Positions 51,977 to 64,000 of a stretch of 64,000 bases of DNA are shown piece after piece. Under the pieces are notes generated by a model. It worked only from the letters and a program-made list of their open reading frames with translations. It was not told the origin of the DNA and made no database searches. The DNA is taken from assembly GCA_023213395.1 (NCBI GenBank), contig CM041465.1, forward strand, positions 211,241,741 through 211,305,740. The letters are read 5' to 3'. The position numbers and the translations under genes are program-made. The first letter of the stretch is position 1; the number at the start of each line of letters is the position of its first letter. The DNA is from Cycas panzhihuaensis. Taxonomy: Eukaryota; Plantae; Cycadophyta.

Positions 51977-54900
51977 CGATCCGTGAGGATCTACCATATG
52001 TTTACAGATGCGGAAAATGCTAGGCATTGGTATAACCGAAAGAGATATGGCCAAATGGTATCAAAATTATATGAAATTTTGTGTAAAGCTAGAAGACACA
52101 TCCCACTAGATGTATACAAAAGGTGGGGTTCGAAAATATCATTCGATTAAAGTTCAAGCCTTGTTTTGCATAAAATTAATCCCCACAAAGTAGAAAAAAA
52201 TAGCAAATACATATTATCATTAAATGAACAAAAATATAGTCAAATGACATCCAAATGAGCTAAAATTTTGGGGAAGCAGAGGAGACATAGTTCCTATACG
52301 TGTACCAAATTTGAGCTGAATTGGAGCGATTAAGGTCGATTATAAGTCGTAACTTTTAAGAATTATATGAAGGCCACTTAGACAAGAGAAAAATAACAAA
52401 TACATATTATCATTAAATGAATAAAAATATAGTCAAATAACATCCAAATGAGCTAAAATTTTGAGGAAGCAGAGGGGACATGCATTCCTATATGTATACC
52501 AAATTTTAGCTAAATTAGGATCCGTTAAGATTAGTTACAAGCTAAAACTTTTTAAGAATTACATGAAGGCCACTTGGACAACATGCATTCTGGTGGTTAG
52601 TGGTTATACTTGCATGATTGCCACTTGTTAAACATGTAATTTTGGTTTCTTTCTATAAATTAAGTACTATTAGGGGTTGGAGAGTTGGTTCTTGGAGACT
52701 TGACTTGGGAAGCATCATTGGAGAAGCATTTAGAGGGTTGGAGTCCCCTTATGGTATAATTGTAACATTTATTCCTTGTAATTTTACCATTCTTTTGCTA
52801 GTTGATTTCTCCACCATTAAATGGAGATTTTTATAGTTTAATAAAAGTATTACTCCTCATACTTTTCGATCAATGCTAAGAATAAATGATTTGGTATAGA
52901 ATTTTCCTTTCATGGGCTCATTGTTGTTTTGATGTTATTGAGATTTCTATACTAACTCCCGTGATCTCGAGGAGAAAAGGTTGATAATTGACTTCATCAC
53001 CAACTAAGCTCTTTTGGGATCATATTTTGGTATTAGAGCCTCTGATCTTTGTTGTAAGGACTTGAATGGTAGAAAGAAGGAAAGGATATAAAGAAAAAGG
53101 TGAAGACTTTCTTGTATTGCAATCACCAAGAAGATAAAGAAAGAATCTAAGCACCATGGTGAAAAGAAGATGGAGAAATTAGATTTGAAAAGCTTGAGAA
53201 GAACGTAGAAGCCTTGATGCAAATGATGACCCACCTTCTACCTCTAGTCAAAGGAAAAGGCAAAGAGAAGGAATTTGAAGGAGGATCCACATATGACCAC
53301 AACCATGAAGAGGAAGAGGAGGAGACCTTAAAGTACTCTTTTGAAGAAAGCAACGGTGCTTCATCTCATCAACCCTTAAAGGTGGAGGCAAAGTTGGATA
53401 TTCCAACTTATGATGGAGAGGTAAATCTTGAAAAGTTGGACCATTGGTTGGATCAACTTGAAATCTACTTCACAATTTATGCTTATAGTAATGCTTAAAA
53501 GCTTTCATTTGCTAGGCTCAAGTTGTGTAAACATGCATTGACATGGTGGAATGCATATTTGAATACTCATAATGTATCTTCTTTTCATGGAGGGATTTTA
53601 AGAAAATAATAAAGAAGCAATTCTACCCCATAGGTCATGAGGAAGACCAATGGGTCATTTGGCAATATTTATGCCAAGGGAGAGGTGTAAGTGTCCAAGA
53701 CTATACTTCTTTATTTTTTAGGCATGGCATGCTACTTGGTAATAATATGGATGAACATGTCACTCTTATGAAATTCATTGGAGGATTACATGAATACATA
53801 AGGAAGGAACTAAGGCTTTTTAAGGTTCAATCCATTAGAGAAGCAAGTAGAATGACTATGGCAATAGGAAGTAAAAGCAAGAAATCTACATTCATGTCTA
53901 AAGATTCTACTTTACTTCTAATAAGTATGAAAAGAATCCTAAATTGCACTCATCTAAAAGGCAAGAAGGAAAGAAGAAAAGAACTAATTTTGTTAAAAGT
54001 TCTAACTATTGTGAGCATTATGATATTAGTGGTCAGATTACAAAGAAAGTGTTGGAAGTTGCATCCAAAACTAAAGCCAAAACATATCAAGCATATGGAA
54101 TTAAGAAAGAAGGAAAAAGGGAAAGCACTACTTTCTGAGGTGGAGATTCAAAGTGAAGGAGAAGAAGAGAAGGTTACTCTACTTACAAATTATGAAGATG
54201 ATGCTACAAGGGAGGAACTATTTCACTTGAAGCTTCAAGTAGGAAATAGTATGATCGGTGCCATTATAGATCCGGGGAGCCAAAAGAATTTGATCTCAGA
54301 AAGTTTGGTAAAGAGCATTGGGTTGGTAACTACTCCTCACCCTCACCCATATCCTCTTGGTTGGATCCATAAAGATGTGGAAATGCAAATATCAAAGCAA
54401 TGTACACTTAAATTTTCCATCACTAATGATTTTGTTGATAAAGTAATATGTGATGTGGTGCCATTAGATGTATGCCATGTTGTGCTTGGGAGTCCCTATT
54501 TGTGGGATCGAGATGCACTCTTCTATCGAAGGGAGAGAAAGTATCGGTTGATGAAGGATAACAAGTGCTTCATCATAAAGGCCACAAAGAAGCATTTGGA
54601 TAAGATAGCATTAATTTCACTACTACTCAAGCAAAAAGGATGATCAATGCATGTGGTAAATTCGTCATCTTAATGGTAAGGAGAAAAGAAGAGCCAGGAG
54701 ATGAAGAAGATCATTCTACTCACACTCTTCTTATATCACCTAAACAAATGCAACAAATTGAGGAGTTAAAGACAAGGTATGATATTCTATTTCAACATGT
54801 TGATGGGCTACCACCAAAGAGAAAGATAGAGCATGAAATCACTCTTATAGGAGATGCACCATTGCCTAATGTTGCTTTGTATAGGCACTCCATTATAGAG

Positions 54901-57900
54901 AATAATGAGATAAAGAGGCAAGTTGAGGAGTTGCTTGATCAAGGGGTCATAAGACCTTCATGTTCACCTTGTGGGTGTAGTGATCTAATTCTACTTTTAT
55001 AGCAATTTTCCTCAAAAATACAAGTAATAATCCACAAAACAATAACTAAATGCTATTCAACAAGGAAAATAAACAATGAACAAGAATTACGTAATCCATA
55101 AGTAAATAATAGTCTTTATTGTCAAATAATACCAAAATAGAGCAAAAGTTCAACAAAGTACTGCCTTTCTTGAAGACGTGAGCTTCCCTCTTCGAGGCAA
55201 GGAACCCTCCAAACTACAGCCTCCAAATGGGCGAGCTAATTGCAGCCCTAGAACCGAAAATGTGCGACCAAAGAACCTCCGATGATGTTGAAATGAGGCC
55301 GCTCCTCCTTAAATAGGCGCCCAAACGAAAGTAATAGAAGTCGGCTGATCGGGTAATATTCTTCTTAAAATCGCTTAAATAGAAGTCACCGTAACTTCTC
55401 CAAAACCGGCAGCTAACTTGAAATGGCCATAACTTTTGATTGAGATGTCGAATTGACTTTCGCCTAAACCGTTGGAATCCTTGTTCGAGACCTTCAATTT
55501 GAATGGTTACATGGCATAGTTTTAACTAGATTTTGAATGGTACAAATCCCTCCTTCAAAGCATGCTTTGCCCTCAAAGCATTAGTAAGGGCCCATTTTTC
55601 TAGATCCATTCTTCAGATTCCCACGTTGCATCTTCAAGCTCCAATGTCTTCCATTTGCTGCGATACTCTTTTATTATCCTGGATTGTAACTTCTTGTCCC
55701 TGGTCTTCAATATCCTCGTGTTCCACTACCATCATTCCTTCTTCATCAAGTGTTGGTAAATTTGTTTGTGGAGCTTCCTTTTCACCCAACGTTTTCTTCA
55801 AGCAAGATACGTGGAAGATATTATGGATCTTGCTTGCTAGTGGCGCTTTAAGCGATATGCCACTTCCCCTGTGCGTTCCTCAATCTGATATGGTCCAAAG
55901 AATCTTGGTGATAATTTATGTCGATTATTTTGTTTCATCGACATCTGTTGTAGGGTTGGAGTCTTATGAATACCCATTCTCCCATCTCAAAACTTCGTTC
56001 AGATCTCTTTCTATCTGCTTGTTGCTTCATCCTATTTTTTGCCATCTCCAAATTATTCTTTAATATTCGAATTGTTTCTTACATCTCATTGCAAGTTTTC
56101 TTGGACCTGCCTACACTTTAGATGTATTTAGCCAATTCAAGAGTGATGGAGGTTCATACCCATATAGTACTTGAAATGGTGACATTTTAGCCACGCATGG
56201 TATGTGATGTTATACCACCATACTGCAAAATGGAGCCACCGATGACATTGTGTATGATTATCTGATGAGAAGTTTTTTAAGTATTCCTGCACACATTTGT
56301 TAACTATTTCGCCCCGCCATCCGCTCACGGTGGTATGTCAGGCTCATATGTAAGCTAGTGCCGATCGATTTGAACAACTCCTTCCAAAAGTGAGTTGTGA
56401 ATTTGGGATCCCCTGTCACGATTATAACCTTTCCAAACCCATCTACTCTCTCAATTTCTTTCATATATAATTCTCCTATTTCCCTTCCTTTTCCTCCTGT
56501 TTGAGTTCCCCCGAAATGGGGGTATTTAGTTAACTGCTACCACTACAAAATTGCATCTCTTCCTTCCGAACGCGGAAGACCCGTAATAAAATCCATACAC
56601 ATTTCTTCCCATTTTGATGGGGAATGGGAAGGGTTGTAGCAACCCGGGTCTTCACTGATTCGCTTTTATTCCTTTGACATGTATCACATTCTGATACAAA
56701 TCGGAGGACGTCAGATTTCAACCCTTTCCAGTAAAACAAGCTTCAAAGCCTTCTATAAGTCTTATCCATCCCTGAGTGTCCTGAAACTGGAGTTGAGTGA
56801 GCTTCTTGAAGTAGTGCTTTTTTTAGTTTACTTGTCTTTGGAACAACTATTTTTCCTTTCCTTAGAATTAATTCTCCTTGTTCCGTAAATTGCACTATTT
56901 TTCCTTCTCTGATCTTTTGCCTTATTCCTTGTGATATCTTGTCGCCTTTATATTCCTTGCCACTCTGTTGCCCATTTTGGAGTTGTTATTGTCATTGAAT
57001 TGGCTAAGGCTTCAATCTTTCCTTCCTCCTAGTAGTCTAGATAGAGCATCGGCTATTACATTTTCTTTCCCTTTTTGTATTCTATGGTAAATCCGCCTTC
57101 ATTGGTGTATTGCATGCATAATGGCCACATCTCTTTGCCATATATTGGTTTTGTTTTTCCCTATTATTCGACTTGGCTTTCATAAGCTATTGGCCTTCCT
57201 CCTCGTAATAGAATTGCTCCTATTCCAAAACTCAAGCATCACATTCCAATGTGAATGGTTGAGTAAAATCCGGTAAGGCCAATCTGGAGTGCGATCATTG
57301 CTTGTTTTAATTCTTGAAATGCTCCTTCGCTCCTAAATTCCATTTGAACACATCCTTTTGGTCAAGTCTCGTTAGTGGTGATGCTATGTGTGCATACCCT
57401 TTTATGAACTTTCTCAAAATCCTGTTGCACCCAAAAACTTCTTACTCTGTGACATTCATGAAGTTGGCGCTTTACAATTGCTTGGATCTTTTTGGATCAA
57501 TTTTGATTCCTTCACCGTGATAATGTGGCCCGGATACTCCAATTCTTTTTGCGAAGAACACTTTTTCTTATTTGCAAACAATTGCGCTTTCTCAAGTGTG
57601 AGCGTAACTTCCTTTATATGTTCCATATGTTCTTCCCATGTTTTGCTATAGATTAGGATATCGTCAAAGAAAACCAGAATAAATTTTCTCAAAACATGTT
57701 TTAGTATTGAATTCATTGTGCTTTGGAAAGTAGCTGGAGCATTTGTTAAGGCAAAAGGCATAACCTTGAATTCAAACAACCCTTCATGCGTTCTGAATGC
57801 AGTTTTGTAGACATCTTCTTCTTTGACCCTTATTTGGTAGTATCCTGAGCGCAAATCTATCTTTGAAAAGTATTGAGCTCCATGTAATTCATCTAACAAA

Positions 57901-60900
57901 TCTTCAATCCTTGGGATAGGGTATCGATTCTTTATGGTCAATTTGTTCAAGCCACGATAATCCACACACATTCTGTAAGATCCATCTTTCTTTAGATTGA
58001 CCACCACGGGAGAGGCGAATGGACTCGTGCTTTTCACCACTACACCTTGGAGTAACAGTTCTTGTGTGATTTTTTCAATTTCTTTCCTGAGATGATAAGG
58101 ATGCCTATATGGAGGAATGTTGACTGGTATTGCTCCGGGGATAAGGTCTATTGCGTGCTCTAATTCCCTTTTCGGTGGCAGTCCTTGGGGTTCTTCAAAA
58201 ACTCTTTGATGTTTTTCTAAGATTTCCTGAATCTCTGAGGGAATGTCTTCTATTTCTACTTTGTAACATGACATTATGTACGCTTGTGGATTCTTCTTTA
58301 AAAATTTTTCCATCCTATGAGATGAGACAAAATTTGACCGGGGTGTGGTCAGCTTGTAGTCGATATTTGCGTCCTTTTGTCGAAACACATAAATCTTGTC
58401 ATATAGTTGGTAACGATGTTTCCCAACGTTTGTAGCCATTGAATCCCCAAATGTTCATCTATTCCGCCTATAGGCATGGCAAACATACAAGTTGTGACCT
58501 TGTAATCATTAATCTGGAGAGTTGTATCTTTGCGATCCTCCACATGGCATTGTTCTCCCATTTACTATTGACACTTGAAGGTGTTGAGGGGTTTCACTTG
58601 TAACCCCAATTTTTCTCACGATGCCTTGTTTATAAAATTATGTGTACTCCCACTATTAACTAAAATTGATAATCGGTGTTCCCTTGATTTGTCCTTGGAA
58701 TCTTAGGGTCTGTGGGGATACCTGTTGCCCTGTAATGGCCTACAGTGAGATTTGGACATTCCCTGTATCCACTTCCAGAAGTTCATCTTCCTCCCTTTCT
58801 ATGCTCTGGTCTTGTTCTACTTCTTCCTCTGCTTCTTAGGTATTGCATCCTCATTATTGATTATGAAAACCTTTTTCCGAGCAATCGGTGTTCCTTATTC
58901 CATTTTCCTCCACACTTGAAGCACGCCCCTTTTCTTATATGCTCCTCTTTGGTTGTTCCCGAGCTTTCTCTGTATTTCTTGTAGCTAACGGAGGATCTAC
59001 CTTTATTCCTGATTTTGCCCAATTAGGATTCTGGGTCTGATATGGTGGTGGCTCATATCTACTTGTATATGTTGGTCTACTATCTCTAAGTTCTGCCTCT
59101 ACATTTCTTGCTATCCGAATTGCTACTTGGAGTTGAGGTGGATCTGCTGCTTTAACTCTAAATTTGATCTGATTTTTTAATCCACTAATATAAGTCTCCG
59201 GTAAACATTCTTGCGGTATTTTTTCTGAGACCATACATTGTAGTGTTTGGAATTGTTCTCAGTATATTCTTGGACCGCTCCTTGTTGATGTAATCGTGTT
59301 AATTGAGTAAAGTAATCCTGATTCCAAGAATCGCCATATTGCTCTATTAGTCCTCCTCTTAGATTCTCCCAAGTCCATTGTATTGGTAAATTCATCTTTA
59401 GCCACCAATAGTACCACCTTAATGCCCTTCCATTTAAGTGTAAGGATGCTATTTCCATCTTTTCCTTACTTGTTGAGTTATAGACCCTAAAATAGTTCTC
59501 CATTTGTAAGATCCAATTTGTGATATTCTTGGATACTTCAGATCAAATTTTTCCAAGGATAATCTTGCTCCTTTCCATCCATTATCCATGTTGGAAGTTC
59601 TCCTTTCATAAATTCGTCCATCAAACCTATTCCCCGATTTTCTTGATTGTTCCAAGTATCTATTTGTTCTATTCACGATGCATTGTTGTTATCCATTTCT
59701 CCACCCGACACATTACGTGTTGCTTGATCCGCTTTTGCTAGTAACTCTGAATTAAGGTTGTTAAAGCCTTTATGCTCTCGTTTAATTCTAATGCGCCTTC
59801 AAATTTTTCCTCCGAGGTTTTAGAGTGGGTCGCTATCTTCCTAGAACGAGGGTTTTCCCGATCTCAATTCTATTTCTATTTATTTTGCTTGGGAACTTTT
59901 TTTTTACCTTTTTTATGCTTTTCCCTTCTAAAACGAAGCTCTGATACCACTTGTAGTGATCTGATTCTACTTTTATAGCAATTTTCCTCAAAAATACAAG
60001 TAATAACCACAAAAATAATAACTAGATGCTATTCAACAAGGAAAATAAATAATGAACAAGAATTACGTAATCCATGTAAGTAAATAATAGTCTTTATTGT
60101 CAAATAATACCAAAATAGAGCAAAAGTTCAACAAAGTACTGCTTTCTTGAAGACGTGAGCTTCCCTCTTCGAGGCGAGGAACCCTCCAAACCGCAATTTC
60201 CAAATGGGCGAGCTAATCATGTTCTAGAACCGAAAATGCGCGACAAAAGAACCTCCGACGATGTTGAAATGAGGCCACAAATCCTCCTTAAATAGGCAGC
60301 CAAACGAAAGTAATAGAAGTCGGCCGGGTAATATTCTTCTTAAACCGCTCAAATAGAAGTCGCCGAACTTCTCCAAAAAGCTGGCAGCTAACTTGAAATG
60401 GCCATAACTTTTGATTGAGATGTCGAATTGACTTTCGTCCCGAACCGCTGGAATCCTTGTTCGTAGGCCTTCAATTTGAATGGTTACATGGCATAGTTTT
60501 AACTAGATTTTGAATGGTACGGTGGGTCACCAATTGTCTTGGTGCCTAAGAAGGATGGAGGATGGAGAATGTGTATAGACTTTCGTGCTTTGAATAAAAT
60601 TACAATTAAAAATCGCTACCCTTTGCCTCGCATAGATGATTTGCTTAATCAAATTCAGCATGCTTATTATTTTACTAAGTTGGATTTAAAAATGGTTATC
60701 ACCAAGTTAGGGTCAAGGAGGAGGACACATGGAAGACGGCCTTCAAAACAAAGCAAGGACTCTTTGAATGGATGGTTATGCCTTTCATATTGTGTAATGC
60801 TCCCGCAACATTTATGAGGCTAATGAATGAAATGTTAAGGCCTTGGATAATTTTGTTGTTGTCTATCTTGATGATATTTTGATTTTCAAAGAACACATGG

Positions 60901-63648
60901 GAAGAACATTTGCGGACATAGAAGAAGTTTTAAAGACTATGGCTAAGCATCATTTGAAGCTTAATGTGAAGAAGTGTGAATTTGGCAAGGAAAACTTGAT
61001 CTTCTTAGGCTTTGTGGTTAGAGGAGGAAAGTTGAGCATCGATCCACTCAAGACTCAAGCCATCCTCAAATGGCCTAGGCTAACAAACATCACGAGGTGA
61101 GAAGTTTTTAGGAGCTTTTCAATACTTGAGAAAGTTTATTCTTCATTTCTCACAGGTTGCAGCACCTATACATGGATTGACAAAATCTAGTAGAAAGTTT
61201 ACTTGGGGTTCCAAGGAGGAAGAAGCTTTTCTTCTTTTAAAGAAGAAAATTTGTGAAGCACTAGTTTTGGCAATGCCAAATTTGCAAAGGCCTTTGAAGT
61301 AGAAGTCGATGCAAGTGGAAATACGATGGGAGTCAGTCCTTATTCAAGATGGGAAGCCTATTGCCTACTATTCGGAAGTCTTCACCCCTTAAGTGAAGAA
61401 CTACCTAACATATGATCGAGAAATGTTCACACTTCATCAAGCATGCAAGCATTGGCGGTCACACTTGCTCGGAAAAGAGGTTGTTGTTTATACCGATCAC
61501 AAGCCTCTTCAATTTTTACAAACCCAAAGTAAATTATAGCATGCAAGACACATGGAGTGAATGAGTTATTTACAACAATTCAATATCGTACTTAAGTATA
61601 ATAAGGGCTCTACTAACAAAATTGCGATATGTTATCTAGACCACCTTGTTCCACTTCTTCTTCTACTTTTGTTTGTAGTTCTCTTATGAGTTTGCAGGTG
61701 GAACCAATGCATCATGAAGAGTACAAAGACTTGTACCATGAAGATGAAGCTTTGAAGGAAGAATTAGAGAACCTAGTGAAAGGAAGACCTTCCACTTGCT
61801 TGGAAGGATGGTCTACTTTTCAAAGGGGAGCAACTCTATGTTCCATCAAAAGGAGACAAGATCAAGTGGCTTAGAGAAGCCCATACTTCTAAAGTAGTTG
61901 GTCACTTTGGTATAGAGAAGACTTTAGCAAACTTGAGAAGATATGTTGTATGGCCAAAATGCAAAATGATGTAAAAATATGTAAAGGATGTGTAATGTGT
62001 AATACTTCTAAGCCTTCTTCTAGAAAATTAGGATTGTATACACCACTTCCTATTCCCACTAGGCCTTGGGAAAGTATCTCCATTGATTTTTAGGGGACTT
62101 CCCATGACTAGGAAGGGACATGATAATCTCTTTGTTGTTGTAGATAGGTTCAAGAAATGATATGTCTAATACCTTCTAACAACACAATCACGGTATAGAG
62201 CAACCGAGTTATTCTTCGAGCATGTATGGAAGAATTTTGGCTTGCCTTCTTCCATCATTTCAGACGGGGACACTCGTTTCCTTTGATGATTTTGGAAGTG
62301 AGTATGGGAGATGATGGATAGGAAATTGAAGAGGAGTAGAAGTTTGGATGGTGAAAGAGATGGAGAAAGGGAAGTAGTGAAGAGAAGTTTGGTAGATGTA
62401 TTGAGGGGATAGAATTGGAAGGATGGAAACACTTCCCATCAATCATTCCCTTTTCTACAATTTCCATTTAATACACCAATCCATCCATCACACTCTAAAC
62501 CACCTTTTCAACTTTCTTTCCCATACTTCCCTCAAACTCCATTTCACTTACACTTTTCCATCCAACCTAAGGAAGGATCCCAAGAAAGAGAAGGAGGAGC
62601 ATGAGAAGGCTTTAAGATATTTAGAGAAGATCCGAGAGTCCACAAAGAAGTACACTATCAACTTCTAAGGACTCAATAAAAGTACAAGGAAAGACATGAC
62701 AAGCATAGGCAAGAGTGTACTTTTCAAGAAGGAGATTTAGTATGGTTATACTTGAGCAAGGAGAGGTTAAAAGGAGAAGGCAAGAAACTCAAACCTATAA
62801 GGTATGGACCATTCAAGATTTTGAGAAAAGTAGGTGGAAATGCTTTCTAACTTAATCTTCCACCTTATATGCAAATATATTTAGTAGTAAATGCTGAATA
62901 CTTAAAACTCTTTGAGCCCTCCATGCTAGATGAGGAACAGGACCGATTCACTTTACCTTCAGTTGATGATTTATATTTGGAAAGTGAGGAGCCTCTCAAG
63001 GAAGATTGTATCTTGGAGAGAAAATCTACCAAAACAAGACATAAGACACATGAATCTTTTAGGATTGGAGTAGCAAGGCAATTACCTAGTAAGGCCAAGT
63101 GGTTTAGTAGGCAACAAGGAGAACAACACTTCCCCCATCTCCAATTCTAAGCCAAACAGGAGTTGGCTATTTTCCAAGAAAGGGGAGCCATGATCCAAGA
63201 GGATCTACCATACGTTACAGGATCACGCGAAAATGCTAGGCATTGGTATAACCGAAGAGATATGGCCAAATGGTATCAAAAATATATGAAATTTTGTGTA
63301 AATCTAGAAGACACATCCCACTAAATGTGTACAAAAGGTGGGGTTCGAAAATATCATTTGATTAAAGTTCAAGCCTTGTTTTACATAAAATTAATCCCAC
63401 TAGCGTAAAAAAAAATAGCAAATATATATTATAATTAGATGAATAAACATATGGCCAATCGACATCTAAATGAGCTAAAATTTTGAGGAAGCGAGGAGAC
63501 ATGTGTTCCTATCGTGTACCAAATTTGAGATGAATTGAGTTGGTTAAGGTCGGCCATAAGTCGCAACTTTTAAGAATTACATGAAGGCCACTTGACAAGA
63601 AAAATAAAAACACATATTATAATTAAATGAATAAAAATATAGCCAATC
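51977..63648 (+). mobile_element. Ty3/gypsy CRM-like retrotransposon (E) inserted in Tat copy D; 5' LTR 51977-53022, truncated 3' LTR 63191-~63648
   Basis: LTR termini (T/C)GATCC...GGATCA and PBS TGGTATTAGAGCC at 53028-53040. Gag DIPTYDGEVNLEKLDHWL, protease IIDPGSQKNLIS, RT YLDDILIF and integrase are present. PPT AAGAAAGGGGAG precedes 63191. Confidence 0.92.
54976..60521 (-). mobile_element. Full-length chromovirus (Reina-like) LTR retrotransposon (F) nested in E; LTRs 54976-55544 and 59952-60521; TSD GTGGG
   Basis: Paired ~570-bp LTRs with GTGGG at 54971-54975 and 60522-60526. PBS-Met at 59938-59949 and PPT at 55545-55560. RT ORF 57456-58439 (FFDDILIYS). Chromodomain KWKTLELEDATWE at ~55620-55657. 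Confidence 0.96.
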
Positions 63649-64000
63649 ACAAGGATCTTCTGGTGACCATGCCTGTGGTGGCCAGAAGGTAAGTTAGGCG
63701 CGAAGCCCGCTAGGTGCTCAAGTAGGGCTTCATCATCCTCAAAGTAATCCACCCCATGGATGACCTTACTTCGAGTAGATGAAGTGTTAGAGGGAGTGGA
63801 GGCAATGGGACCGTGATGGTTGTCCTGGGTTGCTGACTTCCTCGCGAGACTCTAAAGGAGAGTCAAAAAGAGGCTCCTCGAAAGGAGCGAAAGGCAGTTC
63901 TTCGAAACCACCACCTATAGGAGGTGATAAGGGAGAAGAAATGATGATGGACGAGTCAACATAAGTGATGACATGTGACACATAGGAGTGGCTAGTCTCA
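63649..64000 (-). mobile_element. Continuation of Tat copy D (spacer between protease and RT)
   Basis: CTCAAAGTAATCCACCCCATGGAT at 63738 matches CTCAAAGTAATCTATCCCATGGAT at 6834 in copy A. Confidence 0.8.

Overview
This is plant nuclear DNA, most likely from a large-genome gymnosperm (inferred from the Tat-type elements, the heavy CG/CHG decay and the receptor style). It has one intact host gene: a two-exon non-RD LRR receptor kinase of the XII (EFR/XA21-like) group at 33812-37185 (+). Directly upstream is a ~290-bp-unit AT-rich tandem array carrying a young, 5'-truncated tRNA-type SINE with a 14-bp TSD. Almost everything else is LTR retrotransposon debris: four pieces of one Tat-like Ty3/gypsy family, whose extra RNase H lies downstream of integrase behind an antisense ORF; a Ty1/copia RT-RH remnant; chromovirus copies; and a multi-level nest at 38-64 kb. 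The most unusual spot is 2.78-3.37 kb, where short co-oriented fragments of three unrelated housekeeping genes (Aurora kinase, mitochondrial HSP60, eIF3L) are packed into ~600 bp. All homology calls were made by eye from remembered motifs; no searches were run.
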